A DNA stretch of 64,000 bases from a virus. Taxonomy: Duplodnaviria; Caudoviricetes. The first letter of the stretch is position 1; each line of letters opens with the position of its first letter. Below the pieces are notes generated by a model, which saw only the letters and a program-made list of their open reading frames with translations, was not told where the DNA came from and did no database searches. The DNA lies in the IMG/VR virus record IMGVR_UViG_3300027374_000001, one strand, 5' to 3'. Positions 19,494-28,904 of the stretch are shown here, piece after piece. The position numbers and the translations under genes are program-made.

Positions 19494-20265
19494 CTATCTT
19501 TTTTCTTAAACATTCAACTGCATATCCATACATCTGACGCAATAATGCAAAATTATAATTAAAATCTACATTATAATCATTTGGTGTTGTCAGTATGGCA
19601 TACCCCATTGTTTTTGTAGGCATAGAATACCCAGAGTTAGACCTAAAACATCTATAACAATCGATACTAAGTTCCTTTCTGATATAGGCATCCATAATAG
19701 AATTTATAAAATCCAATGCTTCTTCTGGACCAAAGGTATTCATCGTCCTTATAAATTCTATTATTATTGAAAGGAATGGCATGTGATAGATTTCTAGATC
19801 TTCATCTTTTATTCCTTTTACGTCTATAACTTCTCGATCAAGATTTGAACCATAATACACTTGAATTTTGTCTAACTGCATAAAGGTATCATAAGTATTC
19901 TTCAGAACAAAATTTATATTTCCAAAAGAAGTTGCTTTTGCTATTTTATCCATTATAAATACTGCATCATTTTTAATAGATAAAATGTCGCTATCCAATA
20001 TGCCATTTGCTTCAAAAAACTTATTCTTGCTATCTGCGATTCCATTTTTTAATGCCTCACCAATAGAAGAGTTACTCCTTATAAGTTTACCTATATACAC
20101 TTGTCTATACATACGGTCTGCGTTGAATAACTCCTCGTATTTTTCCTTAGACAAAATTCCGAGCTCAAACAATATACTTATATTAGCCTTTCGGATATCG
20201 TATTCTCTTATATATCTTCCAAAAGAATATTTAATATCGGCTAAATAATTAACCTTCTGGATCAA
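19486..20265 (-). CDS. small polymerase palm-like protein (259 aa)
   Basis: IREYDIRKAN and ILSIKNDAVF resemble motif A and motif C acidic strands of DNA polymerase palms. Tentative. Confidence 0.45.
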   Translation of the reverse strand: MIQKVNYLADIKYSFGRYIREYDIRKANISILFELGILSKEKYEELFNADRMYRQVYIGKLIRSNSSIGEALKNGIADSKNKFFEANGILDSDILSIKNDAVFIMDKIAKATSFGNINFVLKNTYDTFMQLDKIQVYYGSNLDREVIDVKGIKDEDLEIYHMPFLSIIIEFIRTMNTFGPEEALDFINSIMDAYIRKELSIDCYRCFRSNSGYSMPTKTMGYAILTTPNDYNVDFNYNFALLRQMYGYAVECLRKKIEG

Positions 20266-20731
20266 TGTGAATTAATCCCCTTTCCTGCATAATCTTTATA
20301 TATCTTTCCTTGTCTTGATCGAATATCTGTATCCCTGCTGCTGAAAACCCTGACTCGTCATATCTGTTTAAATCACACATATAATTTATAATCTGATAAT
20401 TATATCCATACCTTTGCTGTATTAGCTTACATAAAGATTCGGTTACAATATCATAAGTATCTTCCCCGCGAGATACTAGAAGATACACATCATTACCTTC
20501 GTATAAAGGATACATTATCTTCATTATCTCCATAAATGGATCATCATTAGAAAAAATATATTCAGCATATGCGATATCAAAATTTTTCTCATCATTTAAT
20601 TCGGGCTGCACAGAAGGTGCAAGATGCACCTTCTCAAACCCTTCAATCAACGATGATAAGTTTAATATAACGCCGTGTTGTTCCTGAATCTCGGTGACCG
20701 GTATTGCTTCGTAACTACCTATAATTAACAT
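20249..20731 (-). CDS. hypothetical protein (160 aa)
   Basis: ORF within an operon; weak similarity to the adjacent gene. Confidence 0.7.
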   Translation of the reverse strand: MLIIGSYEAIPVTEIQEQHGVILNLSSLIEGFEKVHLAPSVQPELNDEKNFDIAYAEYIFSNDDPFMEIMKIMYPLYEGNDVYLLVSRGEDTYDIVTESLCKLIQQRYGYNYQIINYMCDLNRYDESGFSAAGIQIFDQDKERYIKIMQERGLIHIDPEG

Positions 20732-20735
20732 GTCT

Positions 20736-21374
20736 TTACACTCCTTCGTAAATCATTCCCCTTGTCATCGTTAACTGGTCTTTCAATGCGCTAAAGAATT
20801 TAACCAACTCTGGCGTATTGTTCATAATATCCTGCGGAATACCCGGAACTTCAGATTTAAGTTTCTCGATAGTAGTATCATCTAAGTTGCAAATATATCT
20901 AAGAAACTCAGTATAATCCACCAAGTTATTCAAATATAACAACGTGATATTTCTATCATTAAACTTAGGATTGTACATGAATGCCGTACTTTTGGTTGCG
21001 GTTTGAATTCCATAATTGTACTCTAAGAATTTAAACAAATAACCAATGTAGTCCAACCCATCCTCTGCTTCCGGCATATATATCACTATTCCATAACCAT
21101 TATGCAGACATGCAATAATAGCCGAAAACATTTCTGTAGCCGCTTTAGATGCCAACGACGCAAAATAGGCTTGTACAAATCCTCTTTCATTCCCATCGAC
21201 ATGCATTGCTAATGCATTATAATCTGGTACAAATGATGACGCCACTACAAACTTATCTAAAATTTCTTTAGGGACTGCAGACGAGTCCCCGACGAAGATA
21301 ACCTTAAACCCCTGTAGTAATGCATCATTTACAACATTGGGATCTTTAGTGCCCATAATCATGTTTTTAATCAT
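20736..21374 (-). CDS. hypothetical protein (212 aa), C-terminal RGMIY
   Basis: AGGAGG SD; operon context. Confidence 0.75.
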   Translation of the reverse strand: MIKNMIMGTKDPNVVNDALLQGFKVIFVGDSSAVPKEILDKFVVASSFVPDYNALAMHVDGNERGFVQAYFASLASKAATEMFSAIIACLHNGYGIVIYMPEAEDGLDYIGYLFKFLEYNYGIQTATKSTAFMYNPKFNDRNITLLYLNNLVDYTEFLRYICNLDDTTIEKLKSEVPGIPQDIMNNTPELVKFFSALKDQLTMTRGMIYEGV

Positions 21375-21385
21375 TTCTGTTCCTC

Positions 21386-23332
21386 CTAATAATTTTCTAC
21401 TATTTGCATCTTTTCTTCTTCTGTTATCTGGCTTTCATCTCTTCCATGAATAATCAATTTAGAAGTGATGCTTCCGCCCCCTTCCACTGGAGCAGAATAA
21501 TATGCCTCTCTAATCTTTTTACCCACTACGGTTTCCACATTAAAGCTGCTACTCATCCGGCTAACGTCTCTCTCTCCTTTAGCGCTTTCTTCAATGCTAC
21601 TCTGAGGGATATTTTTTCCAGTGGGTTTTTCTGAAACATCAACTTCAATAGCTGTAGATTCTATCGGATCTATAGAATCATCATACACAGTCCTTTCATG
21701 AAGATTTAAATCTCTTTCTTCTTCAGCAGGAAGAATCTCTTCAGCTTCTACTCTTTCTATTTCTTCTTCCTCCTGATCATGAAGTTCACTATCAGAATCA
21801 TCCATAGGCAATTCTTTTCTGGAAGAGTGGCTCAAACTTTCAGTCTCAGTCGTTTCTACAGCATTTTCATCCTTAGATACGCTGCCTTTATCTTCGCTGT
21901 TGTCATTTTTTTCATTTTTAACTTCATGGTTATTCTTTTTAGAATTAGAATCTGGTTTCGCTGTAGAGGTAGCCTTTCTAAATCTTTCCAACTGCGAAGG
22001 AATCAACGTAGCAATTACCGTACCATTTGTGCACTCAATGATTAATCCATTACTTAAATCTACTGCGGCCTCTAACTGAGCAGAATCGTCTACCTCTTCT
22101 GGATCTTCTAACTTCTCATTTTCTTCAAATGATGGAGTTAACGAAACACTGGTCTCAACAGTTTCTTCCTTAGGAGTTTCCTGCTCATCTTTTTGAACTT
22201 TTTCATGCAGCAAAGCTTCCAGTTCAGTTCCTCTAATCTGCTCCTTAATACTCTCTGGAATTGGGAGTTTAGCCTGTGTATACTGTGCAATGACATCGCC
22301 AAGGTTTGCTCTCACTGGAGGTTGCTCTGAATCCTTTTCTACCTTAACAAAATTTTGATGAAATCCCGCAAGATTTCTATCGCCAGTTTTAATAACAGGA
22401 AGATTTGTATTATCTTTATCAAGACAGTTCTCCGTAACTAGAGTGATGTTGTTGAGCCTTCCGCTCTTAATACCATTCTTGATAGTATCTACTGCTCTAC
22501 GAGTGTTTCCTAACCTGCTTACTACTTCATTACCTCTCATTAAAGAAATTTTCATTTTATCGTCCTTCCCTTCTACGATTATTTTTGCATCTTCATTTTT
22601 AACCGTTTTTAAGTCCGTAGCGATGTATCGCTTTCCACATTTCTTACATACTAAATCATTATATCCAATGTCATAATCTATTTCACCTAAACATGCAAGA
22701 TTTGTTATAGGGTCAACAGTATTGCATCTTAATTTAGCTCCATCTAGCTCATACACGTACGGATAATCTAATAGCACTGGGCCAAAGCAGTTTCGTATAC
22801 CATAATTCTGATAGTATTTCTCTCCTATATCATCTATGACATATTTGCCTATAAGATTATTAATAAGATTAAATACGTCATCAGCTATAGATAAAAATTC
22901 CTCTCTATACGTAATCGGAACTACCCTCTCAAACATTCCTACAGTACCGCATGGAGTAACATCAAAACACTTTGTTACAAAAGGTTTTAATAAATGCTGA
23001 TTAACCATTTCCATAGGATTGTCTCTGCATCCGACTTTATCTATAGCTATTTTTAATACAAAACTATAGTCATCCGCAAATCTATATACTACACGATTTG
23101 TCCCAGATGCCATTTTTACAAAACCTCTATTCATCATTATATTATTAATAAGACGATATTTCTCATTAGGTTTTGTAGATAATTTAATTGAAGTCGCTAT
23201 ATTGTTAAGATGTGCTATATCTTGCAAAGACAAATAACACAAAATTGGTGGATGAAATAAATTGTCAAAATTAAACTCACTAGCAGTTTTAGCTTTTGGG
23301 TAAAGTAACTGCAATGCATCTGACCTATTCAT
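21386..23332 (-). CDS. protein-kinase-like fold protein with Zn ribbon and long acidic tail (648 aa)
   Basis: ASGTNRVVY, VLKIA, N..E, DDIG...NYG and LLDY map onto kinase subdomains; followed by C..C/CKKC and a Glu/Ser-rich disordered C-half. Confidence 0.65.
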   Translation of the reverse strand: MNRSDALQLLYPKAKTASEFNFDNLFHPPILCYLSLQDIAHLNNIATSIKLSTKPNEKYRLINNIMMNRGFVKMASGTNRVVYRFADDYSFVLKIAIDKVGCRDNPMEMVNQHLLKPFVTKCFDVTPCGTVGMFERVVPITYREEFLSIADDVFNLINNLIGKYVIDDIGEKYYQNYGIRNCFGPVLLDYPYVYELDGAKLRCNTVDPITNLACLGEIDYDIGYNDLVCKKCGKRYIATDLKTVKNEDAKIIVEGKDDKMKISLMRGNEVVSRLGNTRRAVDTIKNGIKSGRLNNITLVTENCLDKDNTNLPVIKTGDRNLAGFHQNFVKVEKDSEQPPVRANLGDVIAQYTQAKLPIPESIKEQIRGTELEALLHEKVQKDEQETPKEETVETSVSLTPSFEENEKLEDPEEVDDSAQLEAAVDLSNGLIIECTNGTVIATLIPSQLERFRKATSTAKPDSNSKKNNHEVKNEKNDNSEDKGSVSKDENAVETTETESLSHSSRKELPMDDSDSELHDQEEEEIERVEAEEILPAEEERDLNLHERTVYDDSIDPIESTAIEVDVSEKPTGKNIPQSSIEESAKGERDVSRMSSSFNVETVVGKKIREAYYSAPVEGGGSITSKLIIHGRDESQITEEEKMQIVENY

Positions 23333-24117
23333 TATCCAGAATTTCGCGGGTCAGCCATTAAATGAGCTAAAAATGCCGCTTTCCTTTCTTGATAAGAATT
23401 CCTCAAATGAGGTGGCAGTTGTACAGTCATATCATCCACTGATACATTTTCTCTTAGACTTGCAAAAGAACTTCTATGCAGATTAGTTAGCTGGTTAAAG
23501 CTTTCGCTATCATATCGGTTTCTTATATTCTTCCGCATTTCTCTAACGACTTCATTTTGCATAATTTCCATAACTTCTTCTCCGGCAGTATCCATAAAAT
23601 GCTGGAATGACTCATCTACCGGATGCTTTGCAGTGTTCTTATTAAACACTTCTTCCATCTTGCTTTGCACATAAATATTACGAGTAGGGACATAATTCAT
23701 AGATATTGTTGCTAATCTCCCCATCTCACTATAATCATTAAACTCTTGTATTATGTGCGCATAAGTATTTGGATTGTAATATTTTTCCAAATATTCATCT
23801 GTAACTTGGTCTAAACCATTATATTTGCAATAAACCTTGTTCATCTGAACATTGGTTTTTATATAATTATCTATCGCCTCCTTCTCGGCTTTTTGACGCT
23901 CTTCCTCCATTCTTCTTATTTCTGATGGGTCATAATATTGATAATTTCCGGAATAATATCCGCCAAATCCAAGATTAGAATTATATCCTAAACCTCCTAT
24001 ATTACCTATATTTTGTGGAGGAATATAATAAGGATTAACTGGAGGGTTCATAAAGTTTTGCACTGTTGGAGACGAATAATTCAAACCGCCTCCATTGTTT
24101 CCTACATAACCCAGCAT
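23332..24117 (-). CDS. hypothetical protein (261 aa), low-complexity N/G/Y/P-rich N-terminus
   Basis: AAGGAG SD; early-type promoter at 24129-24145. Confidence 0.75.
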   Translation of the reverse strand: MLGYVGNNGGGLNYSSPTVQNFMNPPVNPYYIPPQNIGNIGGLGYNSNLGFGGYYSGNYQYYDPSEIRRMEEERQKAEKEAIDNYIKTNVQMNKVYCKYNGLDQVTDEYLEKYYNPNTYAHIIQEFNDYSEMGRLATISMNYVPTRNIYVQSKMEEVFNKNTAKHPVDESFQHFMDTAGEEVMEIMQNEVVREMRKNIRNRYDSESFNQLTNLHRSSFASLRENVSVDDMTVQLPPHLRNSYQERKAAFLAHLMADPRNSG

Positions 24118-24128
24118 AATATTCTCCT

Positions 24129-24145
24129 TTCATTAGTATAATATA
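24129..24145 (-). promoter_or_regulatory. early-type promoter TATATTATA-N4-TGAA
   Basis: Exact motif match. Confidence 0.7.
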
Positions 24146-24175
24146 TCACTAGGTTATTTTTTCAAAGACAAAAAA

Positions 24176-24209
24176 TATAGCAATAAGCCGTGTTAGGCTT
24201 ATTGCTATA
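24176..24209 (-). terminator. intrinsic terminator
   Basis: TATAGCAATAAGCC...GGCTTATTGCTATA stem, then TTTTTTGTC on the minus strand. Confidence 0.8.
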
Positions 24210-24241
24210 GATATTCAATTTCAATTTCTAGACCGCACGAA

Positions 24242-24634
24242 CTATTTCAGTTCGTCAAGCATTCTCTGCAGCTCTTCGTCAGAAGCCTGTTCCAATGACT
24301 TATTGTTACGCTCAGCCATAATGGCCATGATCTTCTGCCGTTTTGCTCGATTTTCTGCTTCTTTTTCCTTATTTTCCTTTTCTTTTAATTTTACGGCAAC
24401 AATATGCTTTATAATAGCAATCTGAATATCAAGAGACTCGTCTTCTTTAGATTTATCTCCTAACAGGCTTTCTTCCGATGTTTTAGCCCTCTTTTTTGCA
24501 TTGATCTCTTTAAACATCTCGTCCAAATCAGTTACAGGAAGATCCCACAAATCTTCAACTGATATAAGCCCCCTAAACAGAAATCTCATTTTGTTTCTTG
24601 TTGCGTACTCAAATACATTAATTTCTGATGTCAT
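24242..24634 (-). CDS. conserved phage coiled-coil protein (130 aa)
   Basis: FEYATRNKMRF..RGLISVEDLWDL N-terminus and coiled-coil C-terminus; AGGAGG SD. Confidence 0.7.
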   Translation of the reverse strand: MTSEINVFEYATRNKMRFLFRGLISVEDLWDLPVTDLDEMFKEINAKKRAKTSEESLLGDKSKEDESLDIQIAIIKHIVAVKLKEKENKEKEAENRAKRQKIMAIMAERNNKSLEQASDEELQRMLDELK

Positions 24635-24653
24635 TTTAATATTCCTCCTTAAT

Positions 24654-26714
24654 TTAAAATTTTACTTTCATTATCTTTTCATCTTTGCCTTTAACCTTAA
24701 CGATAAGTTCTGCACGCTCCGTCATACTAAATCCAATCCCAGAGAGTTGATTTTCTGTATTCGCTACTTTGCACTTAGAGCCCAATGCTTCAAATACTCT
24801 TTTGTAACCATTAACCAACTCTGATTTTAAGAATTCATTATAAAATCCATTAGGATTTCCTTCGTTGACACATCCATTCAAGAAGAAGAACAAATGCTGA
24901 TGTCCTATACCATTCTGATCATCAAAATAATTTGGACTATAGCTGATACAGTTTACCGGAACAAATTTATTAGTGCGGATACCCCATACTTCTTTCGACA
25001 GCGGCCTAGATTTAAGATGCTCTGTTATCATGAACTCTCCACTTTTATCCAACACAACTTCTGCTACTAAAATATTCTGTCTAGTAGGGATTGGATAATT
25101 ATATTCAAATTCATAAATATTATTATCAAACTCAATCTCTGCTCTAAATCCTTCAGAATTTCTAGCCGCAAATTGATTAACAAAAAATACATACTTACCC
25201 GGCGTCATATGCGATTTATTTCTATATATAATATTCTCTACAGATGGTTCTCCGGGGCGCTGAATAAATGGGTCGGTTATGTCAATGTCAAGAGTCCCTC
25301 CATTAGGAGATAATCTTCTATTCTTACCACAAAAAGAACCAAAGTAAATTTCTGCTCCTCCTGGCTCTAAAGCATGAGCATCAAGGTCGCTATTATCTTT
25401 TGTGCTATCATTCCACTGGATAGAGAATCTAAGTGCTCCATTTACTTCTCCTCCTGCGTCTTTCACGTTTTGCCTTATACTGGATGTAACGTTACCGTTA
25501 TATGCCCAACTTAAAGGATTATTCCATTTAAATAAAGATTTTGCATCTCTATTTACTGGGGCAATCATAGAAACCAAATTCCTGACATGCCTATTTTCCA
25601 TAAAAACTTCGATTTCCTTTGAAGATGGAATGACTTTTTCTATAAAATCTTGTACCGCGATCTCCTCTACACGAGAAAACTGTTTAGGATCAATAGAAAC
25701 TTCAGATTCTAATTCTCCAAATACATCGTTTGCAACTGTAGTAATATTAGTTGCATTTCTATTCGCAAACAATACGTTGTTTATGGTGATATCATCAATG
25801 TTGGCATACCGTCGTGGTAAGGAATCTATATATCCGAGCTCGGTAACTGTGTTCCTGGCATCTTCAAGCATTTTCTTACTGAATATAGCCTTCGGCCGTT
25901 TATAATTAGCGGGAGCCATAATAGATTCATACTTTCTTACTGCCGTATCTAAATCCACCCCTTCGCTTATATCAGTAAGTAGAGTTCCGATACTATGGTT
26001 GCGTATTCTTGATAAAACGTCCCCTGATCTCACAGAATGATACCATGTAAATATGTCTTTCTCATTTTCCAACTGAGAAAGGGATGCAAATTTCTCCTTA
26101 AGCCGTTTAAATGTCATAAGAATATACCTATTCTCTGCACCTCTATAAAGTGTATTAGAATCTATAAGCTCTAACACGGTATCCACTGAGTCTGATGTGA
26201 TCTCCTCAAGAGATCTCTTAAATACATTTTTGCTATCTCTATATTTTGCTTTTACAGTTTCTACAGTAACCTTAGATTGCAGAATGAATTTGTCTGGAAG
26301 GTCGACATAAAAATGGTTATACTTGATGGGTTCATCTCCTACCATTCCGAAATTCTCCTTGACTCCTATTCGTTTAAGCTTGCTAAAGAATACATCAACG
26401 ATTTTATATCTTTTAACAAAATCAGATAATGCATCTACAACGGGCTGCCAACTTCCTGCATCAAAATCCCATAATGTAATGATTTTGTAATCTTTGATAG
26501 CAACGACATTTCCAAATTGTTTAATAAAATGCCTACAATGTGAACAGTCATGAACACGATTTGTTCTATAAATTTCATTATCCCCATCCGGAAAACTGTT
26601 AAGATATAAATCATACAATTCGTCACAGGGGGCATCAACCACAAATAAATGACCACAATTTGTCATATCATTAAAATGCTCGATTAAACGGTTTCTAAAA
26701 TCTTCAAATCTCAT
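24654..26714 (-). CDS. conserved phage protein with YfaP/DUF2135-like domain (686 aa)
   Basis: DLDAHALEP..EIYF..GTLDIDI..VENI..GKY.FFVNQF resembles YfaP-like domains; HDCSHC near the N-terminus. Confidence 0.55.
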   Translation of the reverse strand: MRFEDFRNRLIEHFNDMTNCGHLFVVDAPCDELYDLYLNSFPDGDNEIYRTNRVHDCSHCRHFIKQFGNVVAIKDYKIITLWDFDAGSWQPVVDALSDFVKRYKIVDVFFSKLKRIGVKENFGMVGDEPIKYNHFYVDLPDKFILQSKVTVETVKAKYRDSKNVFKRSLEEITSDSVDTVLELIDSNTLYRGAENRYILMTFKRLKEKFASLSQLENEKDIFTWYHSVRSGDVLSRIRNHSIGTLLTDISEGVDLDTAVRKYESIMAPANYKRPKAIFSKKMLEDARNTVTELGYIDSLPRRYANIDDITINNVLFANRNATNITTVANDVFGELESEVSIDPKQFSRVEEIAVQDFIEKVIPSSKEIEVFMENRHVRNLVSMIAPVNRDAKSLFKWNNPLSWAYNGNVTSSIRQNVKDAGGEVNGALRFSIQWNDSTKDNSDLDAHALEPGGAEIYFGSFCGKNRRLSPNGGTLDIDITDPFIQRPGEPSVENIIYRNKSHMTPGKYVFFVNQFAARNSEGFRAEIEFDNNIYEFEYNYPIPTRQNILVAEVVLDKSGEFMITEHLKSRPLSKEVWGIRTNKFVPVNCISYSPNYFDDQNGIGHQHLFFFLNGCVNEGNPNGFYNEFLKSELVNGYKRVFEALGSKCKVANTENQLSGIGFSMTERAELIVKVKGKDEKIMKVKF

Positions 26715-26759
26715 CTTTCATTCTCCTTATCTTGTATTAATTATTAAAAAGTTTTAGAA

Positions 26760-27380
26760 TCAATAAAAAGGTAATCTCATTGATTCAAAAATTTCATATA
26801 TGGACTCATAATATCCAATCATATTTGACGGGCTCATATTTTTAATGATATTAATCTTAAGTAAATCATTATTAGTGATACTATTTATATTCCTACTAAA
26901 TGAAGTTGTAAATGCATTGTACAGTCCAGCAGCCAATTGGACCATTCCATCTTCATCATATATAAAGTAATCAAATGTAGTTTCACTGGAAATTGCATTA
27001 TTTAGGGTATCATTAATATCATTAAATACATTTAGGAATATATTTCTGCCCATAATTTCATTTTGAATAAGTTCACTATGGGTATAATACATTGATACCT
27101 TGTGTACACACTCATCGAATTCTTCTCTAAACAGAAATACTAATCCGCTTAATATTTGAGTATATGGAATTATCGTGCCTAAGTCAAATGCATATCTATT
27201 ATATATATACATATTAACTCTCAATTCCATTAAGTCTATGCCACAAGTAATTGCTTGTTCAAAATAATCCAATACTTCTCTTTGTGTCACGACAGCATTT
27301 AAAATTTCTAAATCTTTTAATTGTGGTGGGCCCTTTGGAAACATGAAATCCTCTCCTTTTTCATCCATATATATCATCAC
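26760..27380 (-). CDS. hypothetical protein (206 aa)
   Basis: ORF with AAGGAG SD. Confidence 0.7.
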   Translation of the reverse strand: MMIYMDEKGEDFMFPKGPPQLKDLEILNAVVTQREVLDYFEQAITCGIDLMELRVNMYIYNRYAFDLGTIIPYTQILSGLVFLFREEFDECVHKVSMYYTHSELIQNEIMGRNIFLNVFNDINDTLNNAISSETTFDYFIYDEDGMVQLAAGLYNAFTTSFSRNINSITNNDLLKINIIKNMSPSNMIGYYESIYEIFESMRLPFY

Positions 27381-27387
27381 TCCTTCT

Positions 27388-28068
27388 TTATATATTTAAC
27401 AGATATCTATATCTGTTAATATCAAATGTATTTGCTCCATATTCTAGAACAGAGAGCTTCTCTATATCTTTTATAGATAAATTCCTTATAAAATTCCTAG
27501 TATTATTATCTATCATATCATTATATTTCATTATATGAATAGCAATACTAGTAGAAATCTCATCTCTGAGCATATTAATCTCTTTAAATTTATCTATAAA
27601 TTCCTTTACCTCCGCTTTATTATTCGGATTGAAATGCCCTCTATTATGATAAAGACTAACTTCTAGATTGTTCTCCAATATAGTAAGTACAATACTCATT
27701 ATGATAGATTGATGAGTAACTTCTTTATTAGAAGAATTTATAAAGTTATAATCTTTAATATTATTTACCCATTTGAATATCCATTCCCTTAATGAGTAAA
27801 CACTGATCATAGAATCAGAGAATATATTTATCACTTTCACATTACTTCTGTATTGTAAAGCAAACTCTACTGCCATTTTAATAGCATAGATTTCAGCCTG
27901 GTTATTTGTGCTGTCTCTCAATGCTATAATCTTCTGATTAACTATTTTATCTCCAACCACTGCTACAAATCCCGGAAGACCTATAGTTTCTCCCCTAATA
28001 TTTTTTGTAGAAGCATCAGTGAAGATATTTAAAGTGTCAGAATTAAAAATTTCATGATATCTAATCAC
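27388..28068 (-). CDS. ribonuclease HI-like protein
   Basis: IFTDAS, TNNQAEIYA, IFSDS, HNRGH and NDMID are the RNase HI catalytic motifs. Confidence 0.85.
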   Translation of the reverse strand: MIRYHEIFNSDTLNIFTDASTKNIRGETIGLPGFVAVVGDKIVNQKIIALRDSTNNQAEIYAIKMAVEFALQYRSNVKVINIFSDSMISVYSLREWIFKWVNNIKDYNFINSSNKEVTHQSIIMSIVLTILENNLEVSLYHNRGHFNPNNKAEVKEFIDKFKEINMLRDEISTSIAIHIMKYNDMIDNNTRNFIRNLSIKDIEKLSVLEYGANTFDINRYRYLLNI

Positions 28069-28079
28069 TTTTCCACTTC

Positions 28080-28289
28080 CTATTCTATTTCATATTCGAT
28101 TTTACGATCATCAAGATATGCTTTTATGATATCAATTTGGTCGTCCGTAGGTCTAATTACGTGAACTTTACCACGGTTAAACGAGTCCACTATAAACCAG
28201 GCATCAACTAATTTTCTTAAAAGATCAGAAAATTTTATAGCTGTTTTATGGTCTTCAAAAACAAAAACCACATTTTTTTGTACATCCAT
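28080..28289 (-). CDS. small hypothetical protein (69 aa)
   Basis: GGAGG SD; first gene after the early-type promoter at 28322-28338. Confidence 0.7.
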   Translation of the reverse strand: MDVQKNVVFVFEDHKTAIKFSDLLRKLVDAWFIVDSFNRGKVHVIRPTDDQIDIIKAYLDDRKIEYEIE

Positions 28290-28321
28290 ATTTTTTATCC
28301 TCCATTTTACACGATTATTTT

Positions 28322-28338
28322 TTCATTTATATAATATA
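28322..28338 (-). promoter_or_regulatory. early-type promoter TATATTATA-N4-TGAA
   Basis: Exact motif match. Confidence 0.7.
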
Positions 28339-28369
28339 TAATTATTTTAAAATCAAAAAACAAAAAAGA

Positions 28370-28399
28370 TTTCCGGTGCGCGGGAAGACGCACCGGAAA
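28370..28399 (-). terminator. intrinsic terminator
   Basis: TTTCCGGTGCG...CGCACCGGAAA stem with a minus-strand T-tract. Confidence 0.8.
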
Positions 28400-28494
28400 G
28401 GCTTTTATAAAATACAATAAAATGAAAGATAAGATCAATGCATAATCATGAGAGGATTATTTCTTATGCATTTACCATAAGGTTAGGTATATTA

Positions 28495-28863
28495 TTATTT
28501 CTTACAAACGGTAATGTCATCACAATGCATTAAAGCATTCAGATCTAATTTATTAATACACGATTCATCAACGACCACGCATACATTTTCAAGCTGAATC
28601 TTATTGCACATAGCAATTTCAGACATAGCCTCGTTAAATGTAAGCTGCTGATCTTTCATCAGTCTTTCTATGTTCCCAGAGAATTCTACATAATATTTAT
28701 ATCCGTCCCCGTTTACAACAACCTTCTCCGGCGTAAACCCAGTAAGATGTCTTACAGACTCTGATACAGGTTTCATCTTTGAAAACACTTCAATGTTTGC
28801 ATCTTCCATAGATATAGGCATACCAAATTCTGATTCAAGCATAGCACGAACAGTTTCTTTCAT
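28495..28863 (-). CDS. hypothetical protein (122 aa), late-type promoter
   Basis: AGGAGG SD; AACA-N6-TA at 28893-28904. Confidence 0.75.
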   Translation of the reverse strand: MKETVRAMLESEFGMPISMEDANIEVFSKMKPVSESVRHLTGFTPEKVVVNGDGYKYYVEFSGNIERLMKDQQLTFNEAMSEIAMCNKIQLENVCVVVDESCINKLDLNALMHCDDITVCKK

Positions 28864-28904
28864 GATTTTAAATTCCTCCTAATTCTTAAAATTAACTATA
28901 TGTT

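Noticed and set aside
28400-28490. tRNA or structured ncRNA in the intergenic gap
   Set aside because: Only a 9-bp AT-rich inverted repeat (AATGCATAA/TTATGCATT); no cloverleaf or T-loop motif. No tRNA or rRNA was recognised anywhere in the window.
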